This document shows, one piece after another, positions 1-11,749 of a stretch of DNA of 64,000 nucleotides (its first letter is position 1; each line of letters begins with the position of its first letter). Location: the NCBI RefSeq assembly GCF_009914755.1, contig NC_060934.1. One strand, written 5' to 3'. Source of the DNA: the human T2T-CHM13v2.0 reference genome, Homo sapiens. The position numbers were made by a program, and so were the translations under genes. The notes beneath the pieces were generated by a model, which saw only the letters and a list, made by a program, of their open reading frames with translations, ran no database searches and was not told where the DNA came from.

Positions 1-61
1 TTTATTTACAAATGTAGGCAGTGGGCCAGATTTAGTCACCAGGCTATAGTTTGCCAATCCT
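1..61 (+). mobile_element. MER58 3' end (cut by the window edge)
   Basis: tttatttacaaa...gggccagattt...atagtttgccaatcc. Confidence 0.6.
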
Positions 62-74
62 AAAGTTGGGAGTT

Positions 75-440
75 CAAACGCCAGAACTACTGCCCATGAG
101 CTAAATGACCTTGGGCACTTTACCTCACAGAACCCTATATTCTTCATCTATAAAAAGGGAATAATAACAGCACTCACTTCTCAGGGTGGTTATATGAATT
201 AACGGCGAAGCCTAACGCACAGTGGCATTCAAAAAGTACTTGTTGGGTGAATGAAAACGGGAAAGAACTGGGTGCTTGGACTTGCACTATCCTGTTTATT
301 CCTCCTGCTCTGTTAAGTAGGCACTATTATTCCCAGTCCACAGATGAGAAAATCACAGCTCAGAGAAGTGAAGTGGCTGAACCGAAGTCAAAAGCCATCA
401 AGTGGCAGCACTAGAACCCAGGGATCCTTTTCACTGGTTC
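75..440. mobile_element. MIR/L2 fragments (two, opposite orientation)
   Basis: tgaccttgggca...catctataaaaagggaataataa; cacagatgagaaaatcacagctcagagaagtgaagtggct. Confidence 0.65.
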
Positions 441-1587
441 TGTGCCCTACTCTTTCTTCTCTCAGGCTTTTCTAACTGACATCAGCCCTACCCAACATTC
501 TGCCCAACTGTCTGGGCTCATCTGTACTGCCTTGTACTATAAGAGGCTCCATTTATAAAGGAAATTATTAAGACACACAAAATCAACCTTTTTTTTTTTT
601 TTAAGGAATCTAAGACGTTGAGCTCTACTAGTTCCTGTTCCAGACACTGTTCTGGAGCCCATCCCACCACCTACTGGTGGGGTTCCACTTCACTGGAACA
701 CCTCTCACAAGGCGGCTCCCTTCTAGCGTGCGGGATTCCAGTGAGGTGTGGCATGCTAGACTGCCACATGAAGTTTTGGCTGTGGCCCTTCCCCGCATCA
801 CCTCCAAAACTGTAAAATGCTTCCCCGACCTTGGAGACGGGGACCAGAGAGATGCTCCCTGCAGTTCTTCCCAGAGGTGTGGGGGCCTTCACATGGGCTG
901 ACGCAGCTCAAACATGAACTGAACGATGGCTTGTTTCTTCCTGCATTTGGCATGAAGACCCAGCTCCCTCCCAAGTCTTCTCCCTATCTCCTCCTGCCTA
1001 TCTCCTCCTCCATGTCTGCCAGGATCAGCCCTGAGCAGAGGAGAGGGCAACCTGGGATTGCTGTCTTCTCTTCCAGGGCCCTAAGACACCAGTGGCTGTG
1101 ACCACCATGCTGGCTCCAGTAGCAATCAGGGGGTAGGACAAAAATTGAGCCAAAGCTAAATCAGAGATGAGCAGCCAGCCACACAGGGAACAAGTGCCTG
1201 GGCTCCAGCTCTCGCCTGTGCCTACACTCAGGGCTAAAAATTCAGCCCTGTCTCCAACAGCGCCCAAAGCCTGGCCAGGCCAATGGCTGCCTCCCATAAG
1301 GGATTCTACCCTGGTTCCCCCAGGTTCCACTATCCACCCAGAAACCGGGCAGGATCAGCCACGCTCAGTCGTCGTCTTACAAGTGCAGGGGAAGGGCTTG
1401 GCCAGGCAGGAAGCTGGCAGACCCAGGGAGCTCCTCAGGTGAGCAGACGGACACCACCCTGGCCACGCTCCTCCATGGCAGAGGAGCACGCCACCACGCC
1501 ATGTCTCAGAACAATGACTTCCTGAAATCATGTGTAACATATAAGGACTCACCTGAACCTCACACATGCTTTTAAAAATTGTTTTTT

Positions 1588-1855
1588 GGCCAGGGGCAGT
1601 GGCTCACACCTGTAATCCCAGCACTTTGGGAGGCCCAGGCGGGGGCATCACCTGAGGTCCGGAGTTCAAGACCAGTCTGGCCAACATGGTGAAACCCCGT
1701 CTCTACTAAAAATACAAAAATTAGCTGGGCATAGTGGCACACGCCCATAGTCCCAGCTACTTGGGAGGCTGAGGTTGCACTGAGCAGAGATCACGCCACT
1801 GCTGCACTCCAGCCTGGGTGACAGAGTGAGACTCCATCACAAAAAAAAAAAAAAA
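1588..1855 (+). mobile_element. AluS with an internal deletion of about 32 nt
   Basis: dimeric Alu with A-tail; right arm reads gggaggctgaggttgca. Confidence 0.93.
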
Positions 1856-2949
1856 TCTTTTTTTCCCCAAAGCAAGTTAGAACTCATTTACCTGTGGACT
1901 ATCACGTACTCTCCTGAGCCCAAGGTGTCTGATCTCCTCTCTGCTCCTACTTCTGGTCATAACGCTCTTTCACTCCAGTTTGCTGCTCAACTTTTGGCCT
2001 ATGCGGACGCAGCCAGGCCAGATCCTCTTTTACTTTCTTTTCTAACAGGTGAAGGCATGTGCTAACCTCCCCGGGAATGAGATGAACAGAGAGGTTTACT
2101 GTTAAAATCAAAACCATCTGTGGCTAACTTACTCACTTTCTTCTTCCCTTAGGAGTAAATGCAGATGAGCAAAACCCTACCAGCCTTGGAAAACACACCC
2201 CCCAAAGCTAAGATGGGCTGCTAACTGCAGTTCCGCCTCCACCTCTGCACAGGTTCAGTATTTTTCTTAATTCTCCTCTTCTGGGCCCAGGTCACATGCC
2301 ACACAGTCAACGGGGCCTGGAATCTGGGCTGGCATCTGAGGGCGGTGGAGGCCTCAGGCGCACTGGCCGCCAAGAGTCAGGTGACTCAGGCCCGCCATTC
2401 TCGAGTGTCTGTGTCAGCAGCTTCCCCCTGCCTTTGAGAACACTAGTGAGAACAGGCTATGACAGAGCCCAGGGGGCACCGAAGCTCCCTCTTCCATCGC
2501 ACCAACACGGTTAGGTGCCTGTTTTTCCCTTTAAAGAAAAAAAAAAGGTAGTTTTACACTGAATCAGACTGTTTCAACTCACACAACGCCAGAACTTTGA
2601 CTTCTTTAGTTCCAGCGCAGCACAGACAAGAAGTTCTGGAAGCTCTTGGGAATCCCAAGGGCGCCTGCTAAATGCGAGAGTTTTGTCTAAAAATAAACAA
2701 AGACCACATCACTCTGGCCAAGGCGGCACTTGATGAAAATTCTCAGAGGCTAGTCTCATGCTTCTCCAGGAAGGTCACTCCAAGGTCAAAAGGCTGGGCC
2801 CCTGGGCAGTGTCACCCCGAAGGTGGGCTTTCTCCCAGCCCTTCGCCCTTCCCTTTACTGCCATCCTGACCTAGATCAGCTCCGCTCCCCTCTGAAATCT
2901 ACACTCGTCTCACTCAGGCTCCAGGTCTCCCAGATTCCCTGACACAGTC

Positions 2950-3360
2950 CCATGGTGCTGTGACTGGGGACACCTGCTCTCCTGGTCTCGAATGTCTCCT
3001 CCTCCCCGTTCTTCATCTGTCTAAACTCCTGCTCATTCTTCAAGACTCAGGTCAGCTGTCACCCCCTCCAGGAAGCCTTCCCTGCCCTCCTCTCTTCAGC
3101 TCAGTTAGAGAGACTTTCTATGACTTCCAGAGGACGGTGTAACTCACCAGTACCTTGTGTAAACACACTTTCATTCATTTATTACACTGTGTCTAGCACA
3201 TAGTAGAACCTCAATAAAAACCTGCAGTCTGACTGTCCATAATACGAGCTATGAGCTCCCTAAAATCAGACATTCGGTAGATCCATCTCTGAATTCCTCA
3301 GGGCCTGACGACTTGTCTGACACACATAGTAGCTGTTACTCCACATTGATTGAACTGCAC
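2950..3360 (+). mobile_element. L2 3' fragments
   Basis: tcttcaagactcag...cctccaggaagccttccctg; tgtctagcacatagtagaacctcaataaa. Confidence 0.55.
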
Positions 3361-5954
3361 TGAGCCTGGGGGCCACCACCATGGCAGGTATGTTTTGTGC
3401 TCATCACAGGAACAGTGACACACCCAAGGAGGACACAGTGGGTGAGGATGACACGCTCCACCTGGCAGATGAGTTCTGTCACATCCATGAGACCAGAGGC
3501 AGCCGAGACACCTCAGAGACCTCCCTTATGCAGCCCTCGCTCACAAAGCTTCAGGATCTCATTGTCCTAGCAGGTCTGCTTCAAGGCCACCCATGCCCAG
3601 CCACCTTGGTGGGTCCTCTGGAAAGGACGCTCTAGGGCCAGCACCAGAGGGGAGGGGCTGTCACAGTCTGGAGTCAGGGCCCCCTCCCAGAACCTAGTGA
3701 ACAGCATGAGTCTTCACACTCCATACAAAGGGGTGTCCCTCAAAGCTACCCAAAGTGCAGCAGGAAATCTCATGAGTCAAGACTGTCCATCCTGTTCACC
3801 CCACAGGATGCCAGCCAGCCCCAGACTCATGAGGCGCGATGCTCACCAGACCCAGGGAATAGGCGTGTCAGGAGTCAGAGGCCTGCACCAACAGAAGCCA
3901 AGCGGCACAGCCTGGACCCTTCCCTCTGTCCTCCAAGCCAAGGGCTCCTTTCAAAGCTTCAGCAAGCTTAGATGAGCTCTTGCTCCTGCAGACTGAGGTC
4001 AGGTTCAGGTGGCAAAGGGATCTAGAAGCAGCCGGAATCACACCGCAGGCCGAGCTGGGGGCAGGCGCTCCAGCTGCAACCACATAACCCGCACCCGGAA
4101 GACGCTGACTCCAGGTGTCCAAGGCAGCTCCCCCAACGTGAGAGGAAGAACAAAAAACAAAGATGCCCACTGCAAAGCACCTAAAGAGAATCCAGAAGGT
4201 GGTAAGTGGGCCCCTCACTCTCAGTCTAGGTAGGTATGCAGCCATTAATTCCTTGGTTTCCAAAGAATTCATTCACAGAAGTGTCGGTGGCAGCAGAGCC
4301 AAGACGGTGAGGCCACATCATGACCCATACATGCATTTAACGTTCTATGCTTAGGAGCAAAAGTAAATCACTTTTGGTAAAAAAAGATTTCGTTTCCTAG
4401 AGAGAAAACTTAGATTTCACCAGTCTCAACTCTTGGTAACAGACACACTGCAAACTAAACTGTAATGCATACTTTCAACTTTTCCTCCCGAAAAAAACCC
4501 TACGCTATCTGAGAGAGGAAGATGCTGGAGGAGAAAAGGCTCTATCCGCCCCAGCCTGACCCGTCCAGCCAAGCCCAATTCCAGTTGAAGTCCCCTCTGC
4601 TCTGTCCTGTATCTTGTCATCACTGACTGACCTCCTCAGGGCAACCTGCCTGACTCATGTCCTTCCAGCCTCCCTTCAGTCCTCGCAACAGCACGCGCTT
4701 GCCACAGGCTGCGTGAGATACTCACTAATGTCTGGTGGGCTCTAAGTGTCCTCAGGTGTGGTCTCACTCAGGGCCCCGAACCTATGGGCTGGCTGGGGGT
4801 GCTGTCAGCACTGCCATACTCCAGAAGAAGGAATGGGGGCCAGAGAGACAGTCGCCTGCTCAAAGGCACATGGCATGGCGGGCAAAGGGCAGACCTAGGA
4901 TTTGAACCCAGGCTTCTGATTCCAAAGCTGAATGCTACTTTTGCCCTCGATGATACAGAATTGGGTTTCACCTAGACTCTGCCCAAAGTTCCTCTGTGAC
5001 GCCAAACAGTCCCATTCTTCCTGCAGCCACAAGAAGCACCTAGGTGGCATGCAGCCGACCATGGGCTTTGCAGCAGAACCCCTGCCTGCCCAGTCACACT
5101 CATCTCCTACCTGGCACTGCTCTGCAAGGCACTACGCCCATTGCAAGGGGCTTCTCAAACAAGCTCTAAACTGATCTTCCTAAAAACGCTGGGTGGCAGG
5201 ACCAGCAAGGTGAGAAATCAGAGGCCCAGTGAGGGTTACAGGGCAAATTAGGTCCAGCAAGTAGACAGTCTGTGCCTACTACCTTCCAGCCAGGAAACTG
5301 AATCGTTTGACTGCCAAAGGGATTACAGGGGAGAGCGGTTCCTACGGCCCGGTCCCCAGGATCATGCCACAGAGGGGCTTCCCCGCATCCTGCACTCCTT
5401 CTGGAGACTCAAAACCACAGACCTCTTTTCCCCCGGGCTCAGGAGCCAGGCTCCTTCTCCTCACCCAGATCATGGAGACACCCAGCTGCAGAGAACTTAG
5501 TCTTTCCACTTCCAAACATGCAGAGAAGCTGCTCCCAGCCAGCGGACAGAACCTCCCTCTGCTCCCAGGCCCATGGCCAAGGCCAATGCCAGAGCAAGGG
5601 GAATTCCAGGCAGGGCCGAGGCCTCTCCCAGCTGGGCTTTGTCTGTCAGGGTGCTTCAGGCTTCAGCCAGAGGGCAGCCTGGGAGGGAGGGTGGCCTCCA
5701 CGGGGTGGGGGCAGGCAGCAGCAACTGGAACCTGCATAAGCCGCCTCTCCTGCACAAGGCACAGTCCAGCTGCCAGGACACACAGCGGCCCCAGACAGGA
5801 CCTGTACAAACCCAGCTATCCAGGAGCTCGAGGGCCCACCCACGCCCCCTCCTAGAAGCTGCAGCATGGCACCCAGGCAGGAGTTGCCAGGGAACGCCCA
5901 CTGGGCAATGCACGTGTCTTACAGCAGGAACTCTCCTCCCCTGGTGAGCACTGG

Positions 5955-6187
5955 ATGGAAAAGCAGCAGGGTGTGGTAGAAAGAATACAGGGCTGAGGTC
6001 AGCTGGGCCAAGTTCAAATCCCAACCTGGGGTGAGTGATTTCTGCAGGCAGCATGTCTTCAGCAATGAAATCGGGCTAGTCCCTGAGCCACAGGTTGTGC
6101 TGAGGATTAAATGAACTAATGAAGCAAAGTGCCCGGCTCCACACTGGACACCCAGCAGATGTCCAATCAATGTCTGCTAAATGAATG
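5955..6187 (+). mobile_element. MIR with L2-like tail
   Basis: ttcaaatccca...aggttgtgctgaggattaaatga...aaatgaatg. Confidence 0.6.
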
Positions 6188-7113
6188 TGGAAATTGCAGC
6201 CCTGAGAAAAATAGCAATTCTCCTCTTCTCCCTTCACTCGGCCCAAACCCAACTCCCCACAGGGGGAAGAGCCCTTATTCACTACTCACCACCACCACAA
6301 CACAGCCGGGCAGACTGACACACTTTTGGCAAAGAGGCCAAAACCTTTTTCAGCAAGCTCACCTTTACAAGGTTTCAGCACCTTCCATTGGGACTGGGGG
6401 GTGGGGACGGGGGATGGGTAGCATGTTTCACTTGGCTAATGAACTCTGTGAGCAATGATCAAGTTCACCTGCTGGTCTACGCTAAAGCAGGCTGTCTTGC
6501 AAGCAGGAATTAAGGTTCCACGTCATGAGAACACAGCAGTAGGGCAGGGACTCAGGAGACAGAGTCTGCACCTTTGACAACTGGCTACGGGACCCTGGGA
6601 GAGTCACCTCACCTCTTAAGGATCGGACTTCTCTTCCAGAAGGTTACATCAGCAGGCCCAAGAAGCTCTCACTCTCCAAGCCCCCTGGCCATTCTAAACA
6701 CAATTCTATGAAATGTAATCCTGAGTATGTTCACAGGAAGACAGGCTCTGAGCTGACAGAGTGACATTCACTGCAAACCTGGGTGAAAAAGACTCACCAC
6801 TCACTGGGAGTTGCCAGGATATGCCCTGGAACCTAACTGCATCTTTCCTCCCCTGAGCCCCAGGGGCACACGGTATGCCAAATCCCCAGAAAGAACAAGA
6901 CCACTAGGACCGTGGGGAGGCAGGGCCTGCATGAGAACTGCCCTGAAACCACAGCCTGAGTAAAATCTGCCCCCTTCAATCTGGAAAGAAGGTGGTTCAA
7001 AGGGACTGTGCTGAATCTTGGCCCAGCAGAAACAGAAATGACCTCGATGATGCCCACAGCAGACACTTCCCCTAGGGATGGGTGCCCTTCAGATGCCACT
7101 TCACCAAGACAGA

Positions 7114-7131
7114 GCAGCAGCAGCAGCAGCA
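7114..7131. repeat. (GCA)6 trinucleotide repeat
   Basis: read directly; intronic. Confidence 0.85.
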
Positions 7132-7236
7132 AATGCCAATAGGTTTGCTCCGCTCCCGAATACGAAAGCCCCCAATCTCCTGCTAAGGAATAGGGAAACT
7201 AAGGAACCGACCCGTAGGTATGCATGGGGTCTATTA

Positions 7237-7428
7237 CAGCCCTCACTCCTCAGTCTTGGATGCACAAGAGAATCGACTCAGGAACTTTAAAGATACCAAT
7301 GCTGGGTTGCTGCCCCCCTCTCCAAGATTGTGATGTAATTGGGCCTGAATGCAGCCTGGGCATCTGGATTTTTTTTTTTTTCCAACCTTCCCAGGTGACT
7401 CTAATGTGCAGCCAATATTCAGAACCAT
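7237..7428 (+). mobile_element. MER5-family hAT-Charlie element
   Basis: gggcatctggatt...cccaggtgactctaatgtgcagcca...agaacca signature. Confidence 0.75.
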
Positions 7429-10400
7429 TACTTTACTCTAGCTTCTAGAAGTTCAGAGCACAGGGGCCCCAGCACTCTCCTACAAACTCTTCAGGGGCAG
7501 AAAGGACAGCATGCCTGGCCAGGCAGGCCTTGCTAGAGATGGGTCTCCTTATTCTTCCTTCAAAACACACGCACACTCACACCCCCCCGAGAAGCAACCT
7601 GCAAAGAACCATCTGTCTGAGACAGAATGCAGGGCCGCTGCCCAGCCCTGGCTGGGGCGTACCAAGTTCAGTCACACTGGAGGATATACAATTGTGTTCA
7701 GTTACTTGATTACTTTAGGCACGTAAACAAAATATGATATTGTACAGACCTGGAGTGGCAACCACCACATCATAATTTACTTTGAGACATCTGAATTACA
7801 AATGCAAAAAGAAAAAAAAGTTGGAAACACTTTTAAGAATCTCTCTGAATGGAAAATGGAATCTGAATAAATGGTGGTGTTTCCAGTGGGCTGCCAGGTT
7901 TACTTCCTGTTTCCCCCAGAAGGTCACTGGAAATGTTTTCTTGTGAATCTGCCTTTTCTGAGATTGAAGCAAAACATCTCAGCCTCCCAAACTATGGCAC
8001 TCACTGCCTTTGGTCCTACAGTACATACAGATTCCAATCACTCCAAAAAACAAAAAAAAAAAAACAAAAAACAAAAAAACACACAGCCATAGCAGAGGGG
8101 AGAGGAGGGGAAAAGGCAGTTAAAAGTTCTAGGTTTCTCTGTGGTGTTAACAAGACTAAACAAAATTTCTGCTTTGAGATAAAACAGAACCCAGTGCCTC
8201 TATCATATGAACACACAGCAGGGCATATGGAAAGCAACCAGGCTCTGAAGGAATAGAGCTCCTTCCTGGCTTTCTGCCTTCCGGCTATGTGGCCTTGGGC
8301 CAGTTACTTGGCCTCTCTGAGCCTCAGCTGTAACTGCAGGTTTGCTTTGAGAATTAGAGAGTGTATACAAAGCCCAGGGCCCAGGGTGGGCCTTCAACAA
8401 CCAGTGGGTGCTGCCATTATTCTTTGAACAATCTGCACCCATTTCAGCTAAATCCTTGGGAATCATATTATACTAGCGCAGGGGAAGAATCTGTTTCTTT
8501 GTTTAACAAGAGAACAAAAAGAGTGAGTGGAGAAGTCAGGAGTTAGCCTGCCACTGCGTTCTGAGGTCAAATGGGCTGTTTACCAACATGATTTGCTTTC
8601 ACCCTCCTGAGAGTGGCACCGTGAAAAAAGTCCTTCCCGAGACTTACAGATGCCCAAGAGGCAATGTGGTCTCCATGATAGTCCAGCGTGGTCTGGCCAA
8701 GCTGTCCCCCATCCCCCATGCAAAAGCCAGCTTCCCCGTGCAGCCCCCACAGCAGGAGAGACGGAGAACCATTAAAGCGGGGGTGCCTGTCACACTCCTC
8801 TGTAACCCCTGACGTGATGTGAAATTCTACAAGGTAGACCCTTTGAAATGCAAAATCTTCCAGAGTCCTTCAAACGTGTTTTTATTTTCTCGGGTTCCTA
8901 AGGCTGCTTTCAGATCCACCCATCAGCATTTCCCCCTCTCAATCAACCCACATTTAACAAAAAAACAAACAAACAAAAAAAACGACAAGAAAAACCCAAG
9001 GACGTCTCTATTTTTCAGAAAAGCTCAAGTATCTCCAATCACTGTGAGGGGAAAGAAAATAAAATCTTCAGCTCCAGCCTCCTCGCATCACTCCAAGACA
9101 CCCAGAAGCCAAGTTTCCTCTGGAAGATTTCCTCCCATCCTAGCCAGCACAGCACTCTGTTGCTCAGGATCTCAGAGAACTTTCTTAGATAAGAATCCGA
9201 GTTCTCCCTGACCTAAGTTCGGTGAGGTTAAGACAGGCACCACCAAAACCACAACCCGCAATACACGAAGCCCAAATCTTGCCCCAAAACGCTGTGCACA
9301 GGAGGTTTGGATTAAGCATCAAAGAAGTTACCTTAAAACAAAGTTGTTTGGCAAAGAAAAATACTTCACTGTAAGAAGAACCCTAGGGAACGGTAAATTG
9401 CTTTTGAATATGGACTTTTCAGTGGCGCAGTCATTAATCATGTTAATGTAAACTGCGCTACAACAAAAATTTTCTAAGCAAGTCTCAGGGTACATCAGCA
9501 TATCTAAGCCTCTGGGTTTGTTTCCAAAGTTCACATCCAGGCAGGCAATGAAACTGCTGTTAATGGGGTCAGCTATTACAGTGCCGTCCCCAACCTTGAG
9601 CCATAATAAAGGTGACTCAGCCATCCAGAAAAAACCCTCAAACTTAGGCAGGAAACAAACAAATTAATCAGAGAAAGAGAGTCAATGATTTTTGGAAAGT
9701 GTATCCGTTGGACAAGTTTAAACAGAAACTCTCCCTGGATGATCAGACTGACATTTCAGGAAGGAGTTGAGGGAGAACAATCAACACTCCTCCCAGCACC
9801 CAAGTCCCCTGGCCAGACCCTGTTTTGTGGCGTGGAGGGGAGGGTAGCAGCCGGACGAGGCAAGGAGGAGGAGAGTCCAGCAGAGCTAAGCTTCGCTGAG
9901 CCCCGCCAGCTCCGGCCATGTGCTTTGTGTTGGCAACGAACCGGTTCTTTCAAAAGAGGAAGAGTCTGACAAAAAGGACAGCTGCAGCAAAGCAGAAGCT
10001 GAGGGTAAAAACCTCTCCAAAGCCCTGAGCTCGGGATTCTCCCCTAAAGTTAAATCAAAACACCACTGGGGTTTGCAAGGACTAGTTCATCTATTAGTCT
10101 TCCCCTTGCTGGATCAATTAAAGAGAGTCCCTCCACATCTGGTTTCCATCGAAAACCGAAACTTGTATTATCAGCATATTACATAACAAATTATGCCTGC
10201 AGGTTTCTTTTATTACACATCAGAGAGGTGTGCGTGGTGGTGGTAATGATGGGGGTTGTGCCGATCTGAGTATTTGCTTATTTCAGTCTTTTTATTTAAG
10301 GACAAGAACAGAAAAGTTTTCCATACAATGCGCAATTTAACTGCAGAAAGTCACGCTGCCCAAATAAAACATCAACTGAACAATCTGAAGGTGGGCCCAG

Positions 10401-11749
10401 AACTCAGTCTTCAGGGCCCAAGGCATCGAGCGGTGGGTGAGAAGAGTGTGCTTTTTAAAAGAGCTCCGCAGCGTCCCCTGCTGCCAGCTCCTAATATTTA
10501 AACACAGCTCTCTCCTCTCTGGCCTCCAAAAGGGGAGGAGAGCAGGCTGGCCCTTCCTGAGCTTCAATCAAGGGTCAGGCGCCTGCTCACTGGACCCGCT
10601 TAAAGGAACCCAAGCCCACTAGGCTTCTGTAGAGAGGATGGAGAGGCTAGCGGGGCAGTGAGAGAATATATAAGGGGAAAGAGAAAGACTAAAAGATGGA
10701 AACAGAAAGAGCCCAGGAAATAATACCAGGACTTCCCATAAAATGTCAATTAAGCGTAACCACCACGGTGACAATAAGGTATCATAAAGCTCTTTCCAAA
10801 AGAACTTTGCGTACTTTCAAAATGCTATGTGCAACATACCCCACGTTGAAAAGAGAAGAGGGAAACTGATTTAAAACATTATGAACCAAGACAGTGGAAT
10901 GCTCTCTACTTTGTCCTGAGAAGACTGGAACATTCAAGTCCACTTCTGCAGCAGTGAGGTTGCTAGTTTCTATTTAAAAACTTGTCTTTGATATCAAAAT
11001 GACTGCACATGAATCTCACCTTCTCAGAAGAAAATAGGAAGTCGTTGGGCAACATTATTTGAATTTAAATCGCCTCGTTCTCTGAAGGAACGTTTGGAAG
11101 AAAAAAATACAGGCCTTCCCCACGCCTCTCCTTAGCTTTTTAACCTGAAAAAGCGCCTGGAAGCTGGATCGGCAGACTCCCAGGTCGCATGATGGGTGAC
11201 AGCCAAGTGCAGACACAGAGTCAAGGGCTACCAATCCTGAGCCAAACCTTCTCCCACTGAATGGGACTATCAACTGGGACAAGTAGCTGTTTCTGTAGTC
11301 CACAGCTAGAGGCGGGGGAGGGGACCCTGTAGACCTGCAATTCAATATCAAAACTGTAACTGACACAAGTTACTCTTAAATAGATAAATTAAAATGAAAC
11401 AAAAACCTGGCCTAATAAGGAACAGTGAGTTTCACCTGGTCGGCTGACTCCATTCCTTCCCAAGTCCTCAAACCAGGTGGCATCTTTTAAACGAGTCCAG
11501 GATCTGGAGCAAGGAGGAATCTCCCTGCCAGCCGGTGGGGACTGCTGGGAACACATATGCTAGCATGTCATTTGGAAGTCTGCTAATATGTTGTAAGCAG
11601 CACAAGACGCTTGCCTGGCTTCCCAGGCCAATAAACAATGCCATTCCAACTCCTGCAGCAGTCAATAGGAAACAGTCCCTTTTCTCCACCATCCAACAAT
11701 TGAACAAACATTTGTTCCTCTTGAACAACCGTCAGCCTGGCTCCATCTG

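Noticed and set aside
1437-4210. Plus-strand splice-like signals (donors near 1438 and 4201; acceptors near 2048 and 2152) as an antisense lncRNA
   Set aside because: No promoter or consistent exon chain; such motifs are common by chance
5307-6054. Cluster of 124-182 aa ORFs in FAM53B intron 1
   Set aside because: GC-rich intronic sequence open in several frames on both strands; no domain or exon structure
7114-7131. (CAG)n as a disease-type repeat
   Set aside because: Only six units and intronic
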